The position numbers and the translations under genes are program-made. A stretch of 64,000 nucleotides of DNA from Squalus acanthias. Taxonomy: Eukaryota. Positions 36,708-49,634 of the stretch are shown piece by piece (within the stretch, counting starts at the first letter, position 1; every line of letters starts with the position of its first letter). The notes beneath the pieces were generated by a model. It was not told where the DNA came from. It made no database searches and saw nothing but the letters and a program-made list of their open reading frames with translations. The DNA lies in contig CM059432.1 in the NCBI GenBank assembly GCA_030390025.1, forward strand, positions 48,052,001-48,116,000, given 5' to 3'.

Positions 36708-37394
36708 ATTAAATATTAATAATAGCAGGCAAGAACATTAATATTTGCTACAAGCAAAAATCTGAACAGCTAGGCACACATTGAACTAAACATCAGTCAG
36801 GTCAAATACATGCTACATTTGTGGTGAACACTGAGACTCTAATAAATGGGCTTGGACGTATGCGCACTGATGTTTTAGGAAAGCTGCTTTTCTACAGTTG
36901 ACTTTGGGGTGAGAAAGCCTAGCCTGTGATAACGAAACACCATCTAGTAATCTGTGGAGTGTCTTTAGCACCATGTGCAATATTTCAGAAGCAGCGAAGG
37001 AAGGAGTTGAGAGGGAGTAAGAAGTATGAGATGTGCAAGACCTCACTATGTTGTGGCTCTATGCCAACTTCTGAATTATCTTCTAACATATGTGCATGAG
37101 TTTAGAATAGTGAAAGTGAAATGTGGTAATAACTTGCCAGATCTATTTGACCTACAGATTGAACTTCTCTAAATACTACCCACTTGATCTTGCAGCCAAA
37201 CACTCCAGCAAGCCATAACTGTTCATTTTGTAACTAATGCTTTGTTAGGGGTGGTGAATAAGAGATTCTGAGACAATCAGGTCTTGCTGAGAGTTGGCTT
37301 CAGTCCAGCTTGTTTATTAACTTCTGGCACCAGTTTAGAAGAGGAATTGAAACATCAGTAATGAAAAGATAAAAAGGAAAAGAAAACTGATCTA

Positions 37395-37500
37395 AAATAA
37401 AAACAAAAATGCTGAATATGTACAGCAGGTGTGTCAGCATCTGAAAAGACCAAAATTGGGTTAATGTTTTGGGTCGAAACCCTTTGACAGAACTGAAAAA
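37395..37500 (-). mobile_element. Degenerate Penelope pLTR fragment (similar fragments at about 10585-10680 and 48078-48150)
   Basis: Similar to 21490-21595, including a decayed hammerhead-like segment. Confidence 0.6.
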
Positions 37501-38360
37501 TCAGTGATTGGCTGCGACGAAAAAGAACTTTCCTTATTTTGTGTGAAGCACTGGGGAAATTAGTGCATTTATGGTTTCCGTCAATCTATTCCAAAGCTCT
37601 GAACCTAACCATACTCCTGTACTGAATCTGTTTTCCTATTTTAATTTACGGCCCTTTCCCCTTCCGTGAAGGCTGTAACTCGCGCTCGGATTCCAAGGGC
37701 GCATGGAGTCCCCCCAAGTGACCATTCTTCATGTTTTCATCCAGACTGTGTGTCTGCAGTTTATTTGACTGTGGGCTGGGGAGAAGCATCACAGCTGAGG
37801 CCAGTGCTGTTTTCACTCAATGTCTGCTTACACGAGCTTTCCAGTAGAGGGTCACTGAACACAGTTGGAAACAGAAATCTTGGTGCATTTTTATCTCTCT
37901 ATCCTTGCACTGAGGCCAATTGTACAAAGTACATTCATTTTTTTAAAAACTCATTTCCTTCCCCTTCAAAAAATAGAAACTGCTAATATGAATGCTGCAA
38001 CTACTCTGCTATCATTCACTGCACATGTGCTGTAGAAATATATGCAAGTGCTCACATATACACTGTAGTTTGATGGAAGGGATTCATGTTACTCATTCAT
38101 TACAAGACAACAGTAGAAATTTTGAATTTGAGGGCACAACACAATAGGGATAGTCACACAAAACCGATAATGCTCATTTTTATGTTGATTAAACTTAATT
38201 TGTAAATGAATTTCTTAATCTTAACATAAATATGCATAAGCCAGAGGCTGCCGTCACATCACCTGTTGCAGAGAATCATTGCATAGAATTACATAGCGTA
38301 TACAGCACAGAAACAGGCCATTTGGACCAACTAGCCTATGCTGCTGTTTATACTCCACAC

Positions 38361-38522
38361 CAATGTTCCCGCTAAGCTGCGCGGCCGCACAGCAGTCTGC
38401 AGGTCCCGCGCAGGCCGCTCACCGGCTTTTCAATGGCAATAACCGCGCATGTGCGAAAAATTGAATGGGCCGTGCAGCCTGCTAAATGGCCAGCGCACAA
38501 AAAAAAATTACAGGGATCGTTG
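38361..38522. mobile_element. hAT-type MITE inserted into a CR1 3' tail (about 38283-38550, minus)
   Basis: 8-bp TSD CTCCACAC (38353-38360 / 38523-38530); TIR CAATGTTCCC / GGGATCGTTG. Confidence 0.85.
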
Positions 38523-39008
38523 CTCCACACGTGTCTCCTCCCATTCTATCTATCAGTTGTTACAATACAAAAACAGCACAACACAGAATTTGTTGCGGTG
38601 TAACAATTGCACGTAAATAGATACAATGTGATGATTGTTTATTTGCTGAATGGAACCAAACTTATGATCCATTACAGAGATCTAACCCAACCACCCTAAA
38701 GCAGGACAACAATATAATGTTGAAAAACGTGTGTTTGGTACGCATGATATGTAGCAGCCATTGTCGGGGAAATGAAGTGGAATGGGTGGGAACGTCACTG
38801 AGCCATATCATCAAACACCCCGACATTAGCGCAGCGCGCAAAGTGAGAACAAGATTCCGTTCTGTGCATTGCCAACATATCTTCTCCCAATTAATGAACA
38901 CCAGACAACAAATGCTAAAATGGTGTCAAATTATTAGTGTGTAGCACCTGTCTAAAAGATGAAAATAAGGCTCACCGAGTGAGAGATAATATATGATTTT
39001 GGGACATT

Positions 39009-39115
39009 GGCTGGGGATTTCCGCTGTGCGTTCGCTGGCCTGTGATTTTCTTGACTATTAAAATAAATGGGGCAAAACTGCAGGCTAGTGAACGCACAAG
39101 CAGTAATCTGCAGCT
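39009..39115. mobile_element. Short palindromic Harbinger-type MITE
   Basis: ATT/ATT flanks; arms imperfectly complementary (TGTGCGTTCGCTGGCCTG / CAGGCTAGTGAACGCACA). Confidence 0.65.
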
Positions 39116-39203
39116 ATTATGTATTCTTCTACAGAATTGAAATACATATTTATTTCAGTTGTGTTATTTAACTTGACCTTACAGTCTGCAAGAAGTAATT
39201 AAT

Positions 39204-39738
39204 TTTTTTTTTATTCGTTTATGGGATCTGGGCATCGCTGGCAAGGCCAGCATTTATTGCCCATCCCTAACTGCCCTTGAGAAGGTGGTGGTGAGCCACC
39301 TTCTTGAACCGCTGCAGTCCATGTGGTGAAGGTACTCCCACAGTGCTGTTAGGGAGGGAGTTCCAGGATTTTGATCCAGCAACGATGAAGGAGCGGCGAT
39401 ATGCTTCTAAGTCAGGATGGTGTGTGACTTGGAGGGAAACTTGCAGGTGGTGGTGTTCCCATGCGCCTGCTGACCTTGTCCTTCTAGGTGGAAGAGGTCG
39501 CGGGTTTGGGAGGTGCTGCCGAAGAAGTCTTGGCGAGTTGCTGCAGTGCATCTTGTAGATGGTACACACTGCAGCCACGGTACGCCGGTGGCGGAGGGAG
39601 TGAATGTTTAAGGTGGTGGATGGGGTGCCAATCAAGTGAGCTGCTTTGTCATGGATGGTGTCGAGCTTCTTGAGTGTTGTTGGAGCTGCACTCATCCAGG
39701 CAAGTGGAGTGTATTCCATCACACTCCTTACTTGTGCC
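39204..39738 (-). mobile_element. CR1-group LINE family A 3' fragment
   Basis: ORF 39267-39722; shared tail. Confidence 0.9.
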
Positions 39739-39746
39739 TAATAGAT

Positions 39747-40630
39747 GGCACAACTCCATTTGCAACTCCTTAGATAATGAAGCAGTACATGTCTGAATGC
39801 AGCAAGACCTGGACAACATTCAGGCTTAGGCTGATAAGTGGCAAGTAACATTCGCGCCACACATTGCCAGACAATGACGATCTCCAACAAGCAAGAGTCT
39901 AACCACCGCCCCTTGACATTCAATGGCATTACCATTGTTGAAACTCCCTCCATCAACATCTTGGGGATCACCATTGACCAGAACCTTAACTGAACCAGCC
40001 ACATAAATACTGTGGCTACAAGGGCAAGTCAGAACATGGGTATTCTGTGGAGAATGACTTACCTCCGAAGTCCCCAAAGCCATTCCTCCATCTACAAGGC
40101 ACAAGTTTGGAGTGTGATGGAATACTCTCCACTTGCCTGGATGAGTGCAGCTTCAACAACACTCAAGAAGCTCGATACCATCCAGGACAAAGCAGCCCAC
40201 TTGATTGGCACCCCATCCACCACCTTAAACATTCACTCCTTCCACCACCGGCGCACCATGGCTGCAGTGTGTACCATGTACAAGATGCACTGCAGCAACT
40301 CACCAAGCTTCTTCAGCAGCACCTCCCAAACCTGTGACCTCTACCACCTAGAAGGACAAATGCAACAGGCACATAGGAACACCACCACCTCCAAGTTCCC
40401 CTCCAAGTCACACACCATCCTGAAATATATTGCCGTTCCTTCATCGTCGCTGGGTCAAAATCCTGGAACTCCCTACCTAACAGCACTGTGGGAGTACCTT
40501 CACCACACAGACTGCAGCAGTTCAAGGAGGCGGCTCACCACCACCTTCTCAAGGGAAATTAGCGATGGGCAATAAATACTGGCCTTGCCAGTGACACCCA
40601 CATCCCATGAATTAATTTTAATTTTTTTTT
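39747..40630 (+). mobile_element. CR1-group LINE family A 3' fragment, 5'-to-5' with the previous copy
   Basis: ORF 40012-40575 with SVMEYSPLAW; shared tail. Confidence 0.9.
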
Positions 40631-41267
40631 AATTAATTGGCCTCTGTGACAAAAACAAAGCATTTTTGTTGCTTTAATAGATTATTTACATGCATACCTA
40701 ACACTCAACCTTGCTAGAGAGTAAATTGTGGGAAATATGCCAGATGTTGTCATTGGCATGCCATTATTTGTACCATTATTTCAGTGGGGAATGGGCATAA
40801 CTCCAGGGGAAAATTTAGGCTCACGTTTTGTGTCGGTGAAGCAACAGTTTTGTGCTGTACTCATGTGCAATTTGCAGTGCAATGCTGATGACTTTTCTGA
40901 AGTCAAATATTTAATGGCAGTAGAAAGACCACCTAAAAGCGGTGGTCTTACAACACTAGCGCTGTGCATCCAAAGTCAGTGCACATTATGCTTTACAAGC
41001 TTTACTTTTTCCTTAACTTTTCCATGGTACTTTTTACAAAAAATTCTCATTAATTTTTCCCCTCCCTTCCTCACCTGAAGGCAATCATTATTTCCTTTGA
41101 TATGACTCCATGAGCACCAGTCACAATCTGTTACCTCACCCAATGGTCAATATTGATATGTGAACGTGAATAGTGAGTACTGATGGGGTTTTCAACCACC
41201 AAGGTGGCGGAGGAGTCACCTTTGTGCCAGATCCTGCTTTTATCTAATGTACATACAGGTCTTAGGA

Positions 41268-42585
41268 CCATATAATGATACAGCACAGAAGGAGGCCATT
41301 CGGCCCATCATGCCTGTACCAGCTCTTTGGCAAAGCTATCCAATTCGTCCCACTCCCCTGCTCTTTTCCCCATAGCTCTGTAATTTGTTTCCCTTCACAT
41401 ATTTATACAATTCTCTTTTGAATGTTACTACTGAATCTGCTTCCACCACCCTTTCAGGCAGTGCATTCCAGATCAGAAGAACTCACTGTGAAAAAGAATG
41501 TCCCCTCTGGTTCTTTTGCCAATCACCTTAAATCTGTGTCCTCTGGTTACCGACCCTTCTGCCACTAGAAATAGTTTCTCCTTATATACTCTATCAAAAC
41601 CATTTATGATTTTGAACACCTCTATCAAATCTCCTCTTAACCTCCTCTGCTCTAAGGAGACCTCCGAGCTTCTCCAGTCTTTCCACATAACTGAAGTTGC
41701 TTATCGCTGGAACCATTCTAATAAATCTCTTCTACACCCTCTCTAAGGCCTTGACATCCTTCCTAAAGTGTGGTGACCAGAATTGAACACAATACTCCAA
41801 CTGAGGCCTAACTAGTGTTTTATAAAGGTTTAGCATAACATCCTTGATTTGATACTTTATTCCTCTGTTAATAAAGCCAGGATCCCATATACATTTTTAA
41901 CAGCCTTCTCGACTTATCCTGCCACCTTCAAAGATTTGTGTACATACACCCCCAGGTCTCTCTCTTCCTCCACCCCTTTTAAAATTGTACCATTTAGTTC
42001 ATATTGCCTCTCCTCATTCTTCCTACCAAAATGTATCACTTCACACTGCTCAGCATTAAATTTATCTGCCATGTGTCTGCCCATTTCACCAGACTGTCTA
42101 TGTCCTCCTGAAGGCTGTTGCTATCCTCCACATTGTTTACTATACAGGTTGAGCGTCCCGAATCCGGCAACCTCAGGAATGAGGCCGAGCCGGTTTTCAT
42201 GTTTTTCCGGACTTCGGAACGTGTTTCTGATGTCCGAAGTCCGGAAACGCCCGAGCCCAGGTTGCGATATTTCCGGACTTCGGACATCAGAAACACGTTC
42301 CGAGTCCGGAAATGCCTGGGCCCAGGTTGCGATATTTCCGGTTTTTGGTAAGCCTCCCTCAGGGTGTCCGGATTCTGGAACATTTTACGGATTCCGGACG
42401 ACCCTGCCACCAATCGTCCTGTAGTCCGGATTCCGGAACTCCGGATTTTGGACGCTCAACCTGTATTACCAAGTTTCGTGCCATCTGCAAACATTGAAAT
42501 TATGTTCTGTATTCCTAAGTCCAGGTCATTAATATGTATCAAAAAGAGAAGTGGTCCTAATACCGAACCCTGGGGAGCACCACTT
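41268..42585 (-). mobile_element. CR1 RT and 3' fragment
   Basis: [30 protein letters not shown] remnant at about 42550-42580. Confidence 0.85.
42145..42463. mobile_element. Tc1/mariner (pogo/Tigger-like) MITE
   Basis: TA TSD; 23-bp TIR CAGGTTGAGCGTCC..AATCCGG with 2 mismatches. Confidence 0.85.
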
Positions 42586-44378
42586 TATCCTGGCTGAGAC
42601 CAGCTAACTCCACACAGACCTAGGATTAAACATGAAGCATTTGGGTTTGCATGGCTTAGCTACTCATTGGATAGACTCGCTGATTCTCTGAGGGAGCTCA
42701 CTGCTGTACCTCTGTTCAATTTGTGATGACTGGAAGTTCATATTTAGTAAGCTGTTTAGTCACTAGAGGCCAGTAATCAGCACTACCTGCATGTGTTTGA
42801 CTACTTACACAGAGAGTTCTGTCTTCTGCCACTGACAGTGAACTGAATGGTCCAGTTGTTCGTTACTGATATCACAGTTAAAAAAACAACTTCTGTTGGC
42901 ACCACATACCCGGGGCATACATTTACCTTAACAGAAGGTCTATGGATAAGGAGCACTGTGCAGAATGTCATGATGGCTTTACTGAGGCAGGATGAATCCC
43001 AAAGGTTGCATTGAAACTTTCTCAGTGAGGGGTATCAATGTACAGGAATATCTATTGCACTTAAGATAACAAGGTACTTTAGAGAGGTGCAGTGCCGCTG
43101 GAGATTTTCCGGTATGCATTGACCATGTGGGACCAAACAAAATTTACACTCTTATACCTAGGAATGGCTTTACAAGGCGGTAATGCAGCAGACGGGGTGG
43201 TCAAATAATGCATGAAATTGAAAAGTGGAGCAGCTTATCACATTATCTGAAGATGTTACAGAGTGGAAACATAATCCCATAAGAAGTAGCTCTTGTTTTA
43301 TCGCAGTGCTATTGTGCCAAATAATATGGATAGTCTAATTACTGTCCCACTTTCGAATGATCACACAGTTCATTTCCTGACATGTATCCACAGAAGCAGT
43401 AACGGATTGTCAATCCGGTGGCCATTTTATTTCGTCATCACCCATCACCATTTTGTCAAAGTAGAAACAGGAGCAAATTAAGGGCAGCTCCTGCATGGGT
43501 TAGTAATGTTGCTGCAGTTACATTTCTATTTTTAGTGAACAGCTGGAATCATGTCCCCAGTGACACATAATACTCACTGTATAGAATCATTTTGAAATGC
43601 TTCTTATTTGTGTACAAAGCTGGGATGGCATTTCTCCATTAACATTATGCCGGCAGTATTTTTTGGCAGGCATTAATTTTCTGAATAGCTCTGGTGGCAA
43701 ATTAAAATACTTCAATTACGGTTTAATCCCTCCCCCCCCCCCCCAACCCCCACCCCGACTGGAAATCAGCTTGGGTGGAGATCCAGACTTCGTTCTGTGG
43801 CTGATAAGACTTTATGCCAACCATCTGAAAATACCCCCAGCCCCTTAGATTTTTAATACTAAAATTATAGGGAAATAGCATACCTTGTACCGATATTATA
43901 ATTTAACAGGTACTAGTTTAATGCATAAATATAGTATTTAATGGCATATTGTCTTCATGAAAAAATGTTTGACAAGCACTTATGCATTTGTTTTTGCTAA
44001 AGATGTAAATTGTGTTGAAACACATCATCATGTCACCCTTGCATTGTGATGGAAATGATGCACAGCTTTTGCACTCCCCATCAAAAAAGACTACCAAACC
44101 CTCAGTCATAAATATACTGCCCCTTTAAGTGAAATATTTAATTTATTTGCTTCTGTGAAGTTAACAATCAAGGTTAGAAACATAATCTGATTAAATGGGA
44201 ACAAACAACAGTACTAGCTGCTATCAAAACCTTTAGTAGGTGTTGTTCCCGGGGAAGGTTGCATTAAAATTGATTGTACGGGAGAAGCAAATTTTTGAGA
44301 AGCAAATGATCTTTCTCTGCTGCAGCAGACATTGACACTTGGGTCTCGGTAATTTTCCAGGATTGCAGCTTGCTGTGA

Positions 44379-44520
44379 CACTGCACAGTGTTCTAGCCGG
44401 ATGTTCACACAAATAACCTTCACACAGATTTCAATTCTCCCGGCTATAGCACTGCACAGTGTTCTAGGCGGATGTTCACACAAATAACCTTCACACAGAT
44501 TTCAATTCTCCCGGCTATAG
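44379..44520. repeat. 71-bp tandem duplication with 1 mismatch
   Basis: Copies start at 44379 and 44450. Confidence 0.95.
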
Positions 44521-44847
44521 CTCCCTGTAGTTCAAAAATAGGCATCAATATATATCATCACAAGATACACATGTGCAATCACTCTGATTTTTGGAAGGTT
44601 CTCCTTTTAGTAAGATCATACAAAAGACAAAATCATTGCTGAATAAGGGATAGAAATGTGGCTCTTACTATTAGAAACAGCAAAAATCGACATTACACAG
44701 ATTTCGTCACCTTCAGTGGAGAACGTTTAACATGAACAAATATAGAATGATGTTTTTTGGACCCCATTTTAGACTGCATCAAGCAATGCATATTAGGTAC
44801 ATTTAAGTAATGATCTGAGCAGTGTGTCACTTTTATACTCACCACTC

Positions 44848-45095
44848 ACAACAACAATTTGCATTTATATAGTGCATTTAACGTAGTAAAACATTCCAAA
44901 ACGCTTCACATGAGTTTAATCAGACAAAAAATTAACACTGAGCCAAAGAAGGAGACATTAGGACAGCTGACCAAAAGCTTGGTCAAAGAGATAGGTTTTA
45001 AGGAATGTCTTAAAGGAGGAGAGTGAGGTGGAGAGGTTTAGGGAAGAAATTCCAGAGAGACAGCTGAAGGCTCGGCCATTAATGATGGGGCGCGT
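44848..45095 (-). mobile_element. L2 3' end
   Basis: Same tail as 10085 and 19515. Confidence 0.8.
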
Positions 45096-46139
45096 TCCAC
45101 AGTGTAATTAAAAATACAAGTATGGATCATTGCTCACAGGTTAACTATTGCCAGTAGGATGTCTTTAGTGACTGAAAAGAACTTATAGGATAGGCTCTTT
45201 TTAATCATCATGCATCATTGCTGCCACAGCACCTCAATCAGGTGGCTCAATATTAGCATAACTTTCTGCATCGATGCAGAAAGTTATGTTGCATTCAGCA
45301 CTTTTGCTGCTGGTTTTGCATCCAGAAGGACACATCACCAATTTCAAAACTACAGTAAAGCAGCACAGTCTCTGCTCAAAAGCAGCCTTACACTTTTCCT
45401 GGAGCTTCATGATAAGGTCACAATGAAAGCATGCCCATTCCTAAAAATGTTATTACTGACGTGGCTGCTGTTTAAACACCCACATAGTTCAAAATCCTGC
45501 GACCAGTTGTATCCATAGTATAACGCCTTTCAAAGATGTCTTACCTTGAAGTATGGCCTCGGAGTGTCACATATCAGGCCGGGCGCAAAATCATGATTGC
45601 TGAAGTAGCCACTTACCTGTTATCAGTTAAGCAGGCATACGGAATGCTTGCCTTTATTAGCAACGGCATAGAATACAAGAGCAGGCATTTAGGCTGAGGC
45701 CTAACTAGTGTTTTATATAGTTGAAAACGTTAAATCTGTTTCTCTCTCCACAAATGCTGACATTAAATAAAAATTTTGAGCTAACTGTTGTAAGAGGTGA
45801 GGGGGACAGATGTTTGCCTTGGCGCCAGAGAGGCATGTTAACAAGGCTCTTTGATGCTGATCTTGGACATTGCAGCTCGAGTCAGTCAATAAGCCTGTCC
45901 CAGACCATGACAAATGACCGACTATTCAGGTGTTGGTGGACTGAAGCTTTCTGGGCAGTGCAACGTCAACAGCCGCTTCTGCAGGAAATCCACCATGGGA
46001 AGGATGAGAAAAAATGAACTAGATCTTCCAATCTGGCAAGAGTGCTGACAGAAGTGTTGCAGTGTAGGCATTGCTCCCACTTGAAGTATTCAATGCTGAG
46101 CCAAGTGGATTTTCTGGGGTTGAATCACTTTGCATATAT

Positions 46140-47277
46140 CATAGAATCATAGAAAGTTACAGCACGGAAGGAGGCCATTTCAGTCCATCGTGTCCGCGCC
46201 GGCCAACAAAGAGCTATCCAGCCTAATCCCACTTCCCAGCTCTTGGTCCGTAACCCTGCAGGTTAGAGCATCCCAAGTGCATATCCAAGTACTTTTTAAA
46301 TGTGGTTAGGGTTCCTGCCTCTACCACCCCTTTCAGGCAGTGAGTTCCAGACCCCCACAACCCGTCTGGGTGAAGAAATTTCCCCTCAAATCCCCTCTAA
46401 ACCTTCCACCAATTACTTTAAATCTGTGCCCCCTGGTTTTTGACCCCTCTGCTAAGGGAAATAAGTCCTTTCTATCCACTTTATCTATGCCCCTCATAAT
46501 TTTATACACCTCAGTAAGGTCTCCCCTCAGCCTCCTCTGTTCCAAGGAAAACAGACCCAGCCTATCCAGTCTTCCCTCATAGCTAAGATTCTCTATTCCC
46601 GGCAACATCCTTGCAAATCTCCTCTGTACCCTCTCCAGTGCAATCACATCTTTCCTGTAATGTGGTGACCAGAACTGCACGCAGTACTCGGCTGAGGCCT
46701 AACTAGTGTTTTATACAGTTGAAGCATGTACAGTTGAAACCCTGCTCTTGTATTCTATGCCATGGCTAATAAAGGCAAGCATTCTGTATGCCTTCTTAAC
46801 CACCTTATCTACTTGGCCTGCTACCTTCAGGGATCTGTGGACATGCACTCCAAGGTCCCTTTGTTCCTCTACACTACTCAGTGTCCTACCATTTAATGTG
46901 TATTCCCTTTCCTTGTTAGCCCTCCCCAAATGCATTACCTCACACTTCTCCGGATTGAATTCCATTTGCCATTGTTCTGCCCACCTGACCAATTTATTGA
47001 TATCTTCCTGCAGTCTACAGCTTCCTTCTTCAGTATCAACCACACAGCCGATTTTAGTATCATCTGCAAACTTCTTAATCATACCCCCTATATTCAAGTC
47101 AAGATCATTGATATATACCACAAAAAGCAAGGGACCTAGTACTGAGCCCTGCGAAACCCCACTGGAAACAGCCTTCCAGTTACAAAAACACCCATCAACC
47201 ATTACCCTCTGCTTCCTGTCTCCGAGCCAGTTTTGAATCCAACTTGACACTTTGCCCTGGATCCCATGGGCTTTTAA
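46140..47277 (-). mobile_element. CR1 RT and 3' fragment
   Basis: [26 protein letters not shown]; (ATTCTATG) tail. Confidence 0.9.
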
Positions 47278-47745
47278 CCTCGCGGGATTTGCTGCCCATT
47301 GGGCGAGGTGGGGTGGGCAGGCTGGGGCTACTGGTTGAGAAGAGACATATCCACCTGACAACCACGGGGATGGGGGAGGGGTTCCAAGCCTGGGAGGTGG
47401 TCTGGACCTCTGAAGATCTCAGACAATTTTTATTTCCAGCCCTTTGTCCTCTTCTGGGCCAGTGTTGCTGGCACAGCAGTGAGCAGCTGATCAATGTTAC
47501 TTCTCCTGCCCTCTTCACCTTGCAGGTGCCCAAAAGGTGCACCCATAGTGAAGTGGGCACCTGCCATTGAAATGCTAATGAGAGAACCTCCACCTGACCC
47601 TGGAAGTCTGGCGAGTCAATGACGGAGGTTTCCAGTGGGCACATCCCAGCACTTAAACCGGGCTGCCACACCTGTAGATTTCTGCCCACAACAAAGAACT
47701 AAGTAAATAAATGAGAATAGGAGGATTTGGGGCGGAAAGAACAAA

Positions 47746-47960
47746 ATGAGGGCAACAAACAGCAGCCTTCCAGGGTGCAACTTGGAAATCTTGCTGCTGG
47801 AGGCGCTGAAGAGAAGGATGATCTTTTCTGGATGAGGAGCATCCTCCTCTCAAGAGAAACACAAGAGCAGGCTGGATGGAACCAGTAGGAAGAGTTAATG
47901 ATCTCTCAACCGGGATCAAATTCTGGGAGCAGGTGAGGAAGAAACGTTATGGTCTGTGAA
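47746..47960 (+). mobile_element. Decayed Harbinger Myb/SANT remnant
   Basis: Frameshifted LEILLLEALKRR...WMEPVGRVN....KFWEQVRKK resembles the 23368-23595 exon. Confidence 0.5.
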
Positions 47961-48239
47961 AGGTTGCCATGGTATCTTTGCTTCATTTTACAATGCTGCT
48001 TACAAAACATTTTAAAAACACCACTGTGAGCTTGGTGGAGATTGACAGAGGAAGAATGTACAATGCTCTTACAACAAAAGCAAAATAATGTGGATGCTGG
48101 AAATCTGAAATAAAAACAGAAAATGCTGGAAATACTCAGCTGGTCAGGTAGTTGAGACATCCATTCATTCACCTACTTTTTAAATGCACAAGCACGTTAA
48201 TGATTTGGCAATGGACCCTGCATTAATGGCTAGGAACAA

Positions 48240-48805
48240 ACAATCACAACAACAGTTTGCATTTATATAGCGCCTTTAACGTAGTAAAACGTCCCGAGAC
48301 ACTGAACAAGAGTGTTATCAATAAATATTTTTGACACCGAGCCACAGAAGGAGATATCAGGACAGATGACCAAAAGCTTGGACAAAGAGATAGGTTTTAA
48401 GCAGCATCTTGAAGGAGGAGAGAGAGGTAGAAAGGTGGAGAGGTATAAGGAGGGAATTCAAGATCTTAGGGCCAGGCAGCTGAAAGCACAGCTGCCAATG
48501 GTGGAGCGATTAAAATAGGGAATGCACAAGATGCCAGAACTGGAGGAGCACAGAGATCTTGAAGGGCTGGAGGAGGTTACAGAGATAGGGAGGGGCGAGG
48601 CCATGGAGGGATTTGAAAACAAGGATGAGGATTTTATAATTGAGGCGTTGTCGAACTGAGAGCCAGTGAGGGTCAGCAAGCACAAGGGTAATGGGTGAAC
48701 AGCGCTTGGTGCGAGTTAAGATACGGGCAGCAGAGTTGTGGATGAGCACACTGTATGTAGGGTGGAAAATGGGAGGCCGGCCAGGAGAGCATTAGGAATA
48801 GTCAA
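48240..48805 (-). mobile_element. L2 3' fragment
   Basis: HNSAARILTRT..SPIT.VLAD.HWL; L2 tail. Confidence 0.85.
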
Positions 48806-49508
48806 ACACCAAGCACACAACTTACACAAGGTACCTGTATGCTGCATATTTCTAGACACATGTTGGGTGGTTAATGGCCAGAGTCCTCTTCTGCCACTGG
48901 TTGAGGTAGGGTCTTTTCCTCTCCATCCATTCCATGACAATGGCCCTTTACAGGATGAGGCTGTATAAGGTGCACCAGGCTGCAAACATCTTGGATAACT
49001 AGGCCGACCTATACCGGATGTCTCCTCTCATCCTCCCCTTCCTTGATAATCTTGTTCCTGATTTTATCATTTCTGGAAATCCATATTTATTGCTATAATG
49101 CTGTGGTGATGGGGAATTTTTACATTATTCTGCACATCCACAGCAGGTTTAGTTTGTCTGAAATTGAAAAGTACAAGGTACTATGTGTAACATTGGCTGA
49201 TTATTGCTGCTATTTTAAGTAATAGTTAGTCGATTCCTGTTCACAATTACTTGCAGTCCTGCCCATTCTCTTTGGGTTCCGAACAATTAAACTCACAAAT
49301 ACAGAATTGCTTTCAGCTGACTCCCCTTCTTTCTTTGCAAGATAATTGGCATCAAGTTGGACCAGATGTTGTAGTTAGGTGTTTGTGAAAGTTGAAGTAA
49401 TTTTTTTAATGGCTGCATGCCAGAAAATCATGGTGAGTGAAGTGTCATTTTGACATGACATTTTACAAAGTTCCCATAATGATAATACTAGTGAACATAT
49501 CTCATTTA

Positions 49509-49634
49509 TGAGAAGTCGCACAACACCAGGTTATAGTCCAACAGATTTATTTAAATAAATCTGTTGGACTATAACCTGGTGTTGTGCGACTTCTCATTTT
49601 TGTCCACCCCAGTCCAACGCCGGCATCTCCGCAT
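49509..49634. mobile_element. Fold-back insertion, probably derived from a second Penelope pLTR family
   Basis: 13-bp TSD CATATCTCATTTA (49496-49508 / 49635-49647); perfect 90-bp palindrome 49508-49597 plus an unpaired tail. Confidence 0.7.

Noticed and set aside
42036..42597. Overlapping long ORFs on both strands
   Set aside because: Artefact of the GC-rich palindromic MITE
42925..43450. Cys-rich minus-strand frames (YCFCGY..ELCDHS) as a WSC-like exon
   Set aside because: Many stops in every frame and no clear acceptor; too weak to call, though it could belong to the putative pseudogene
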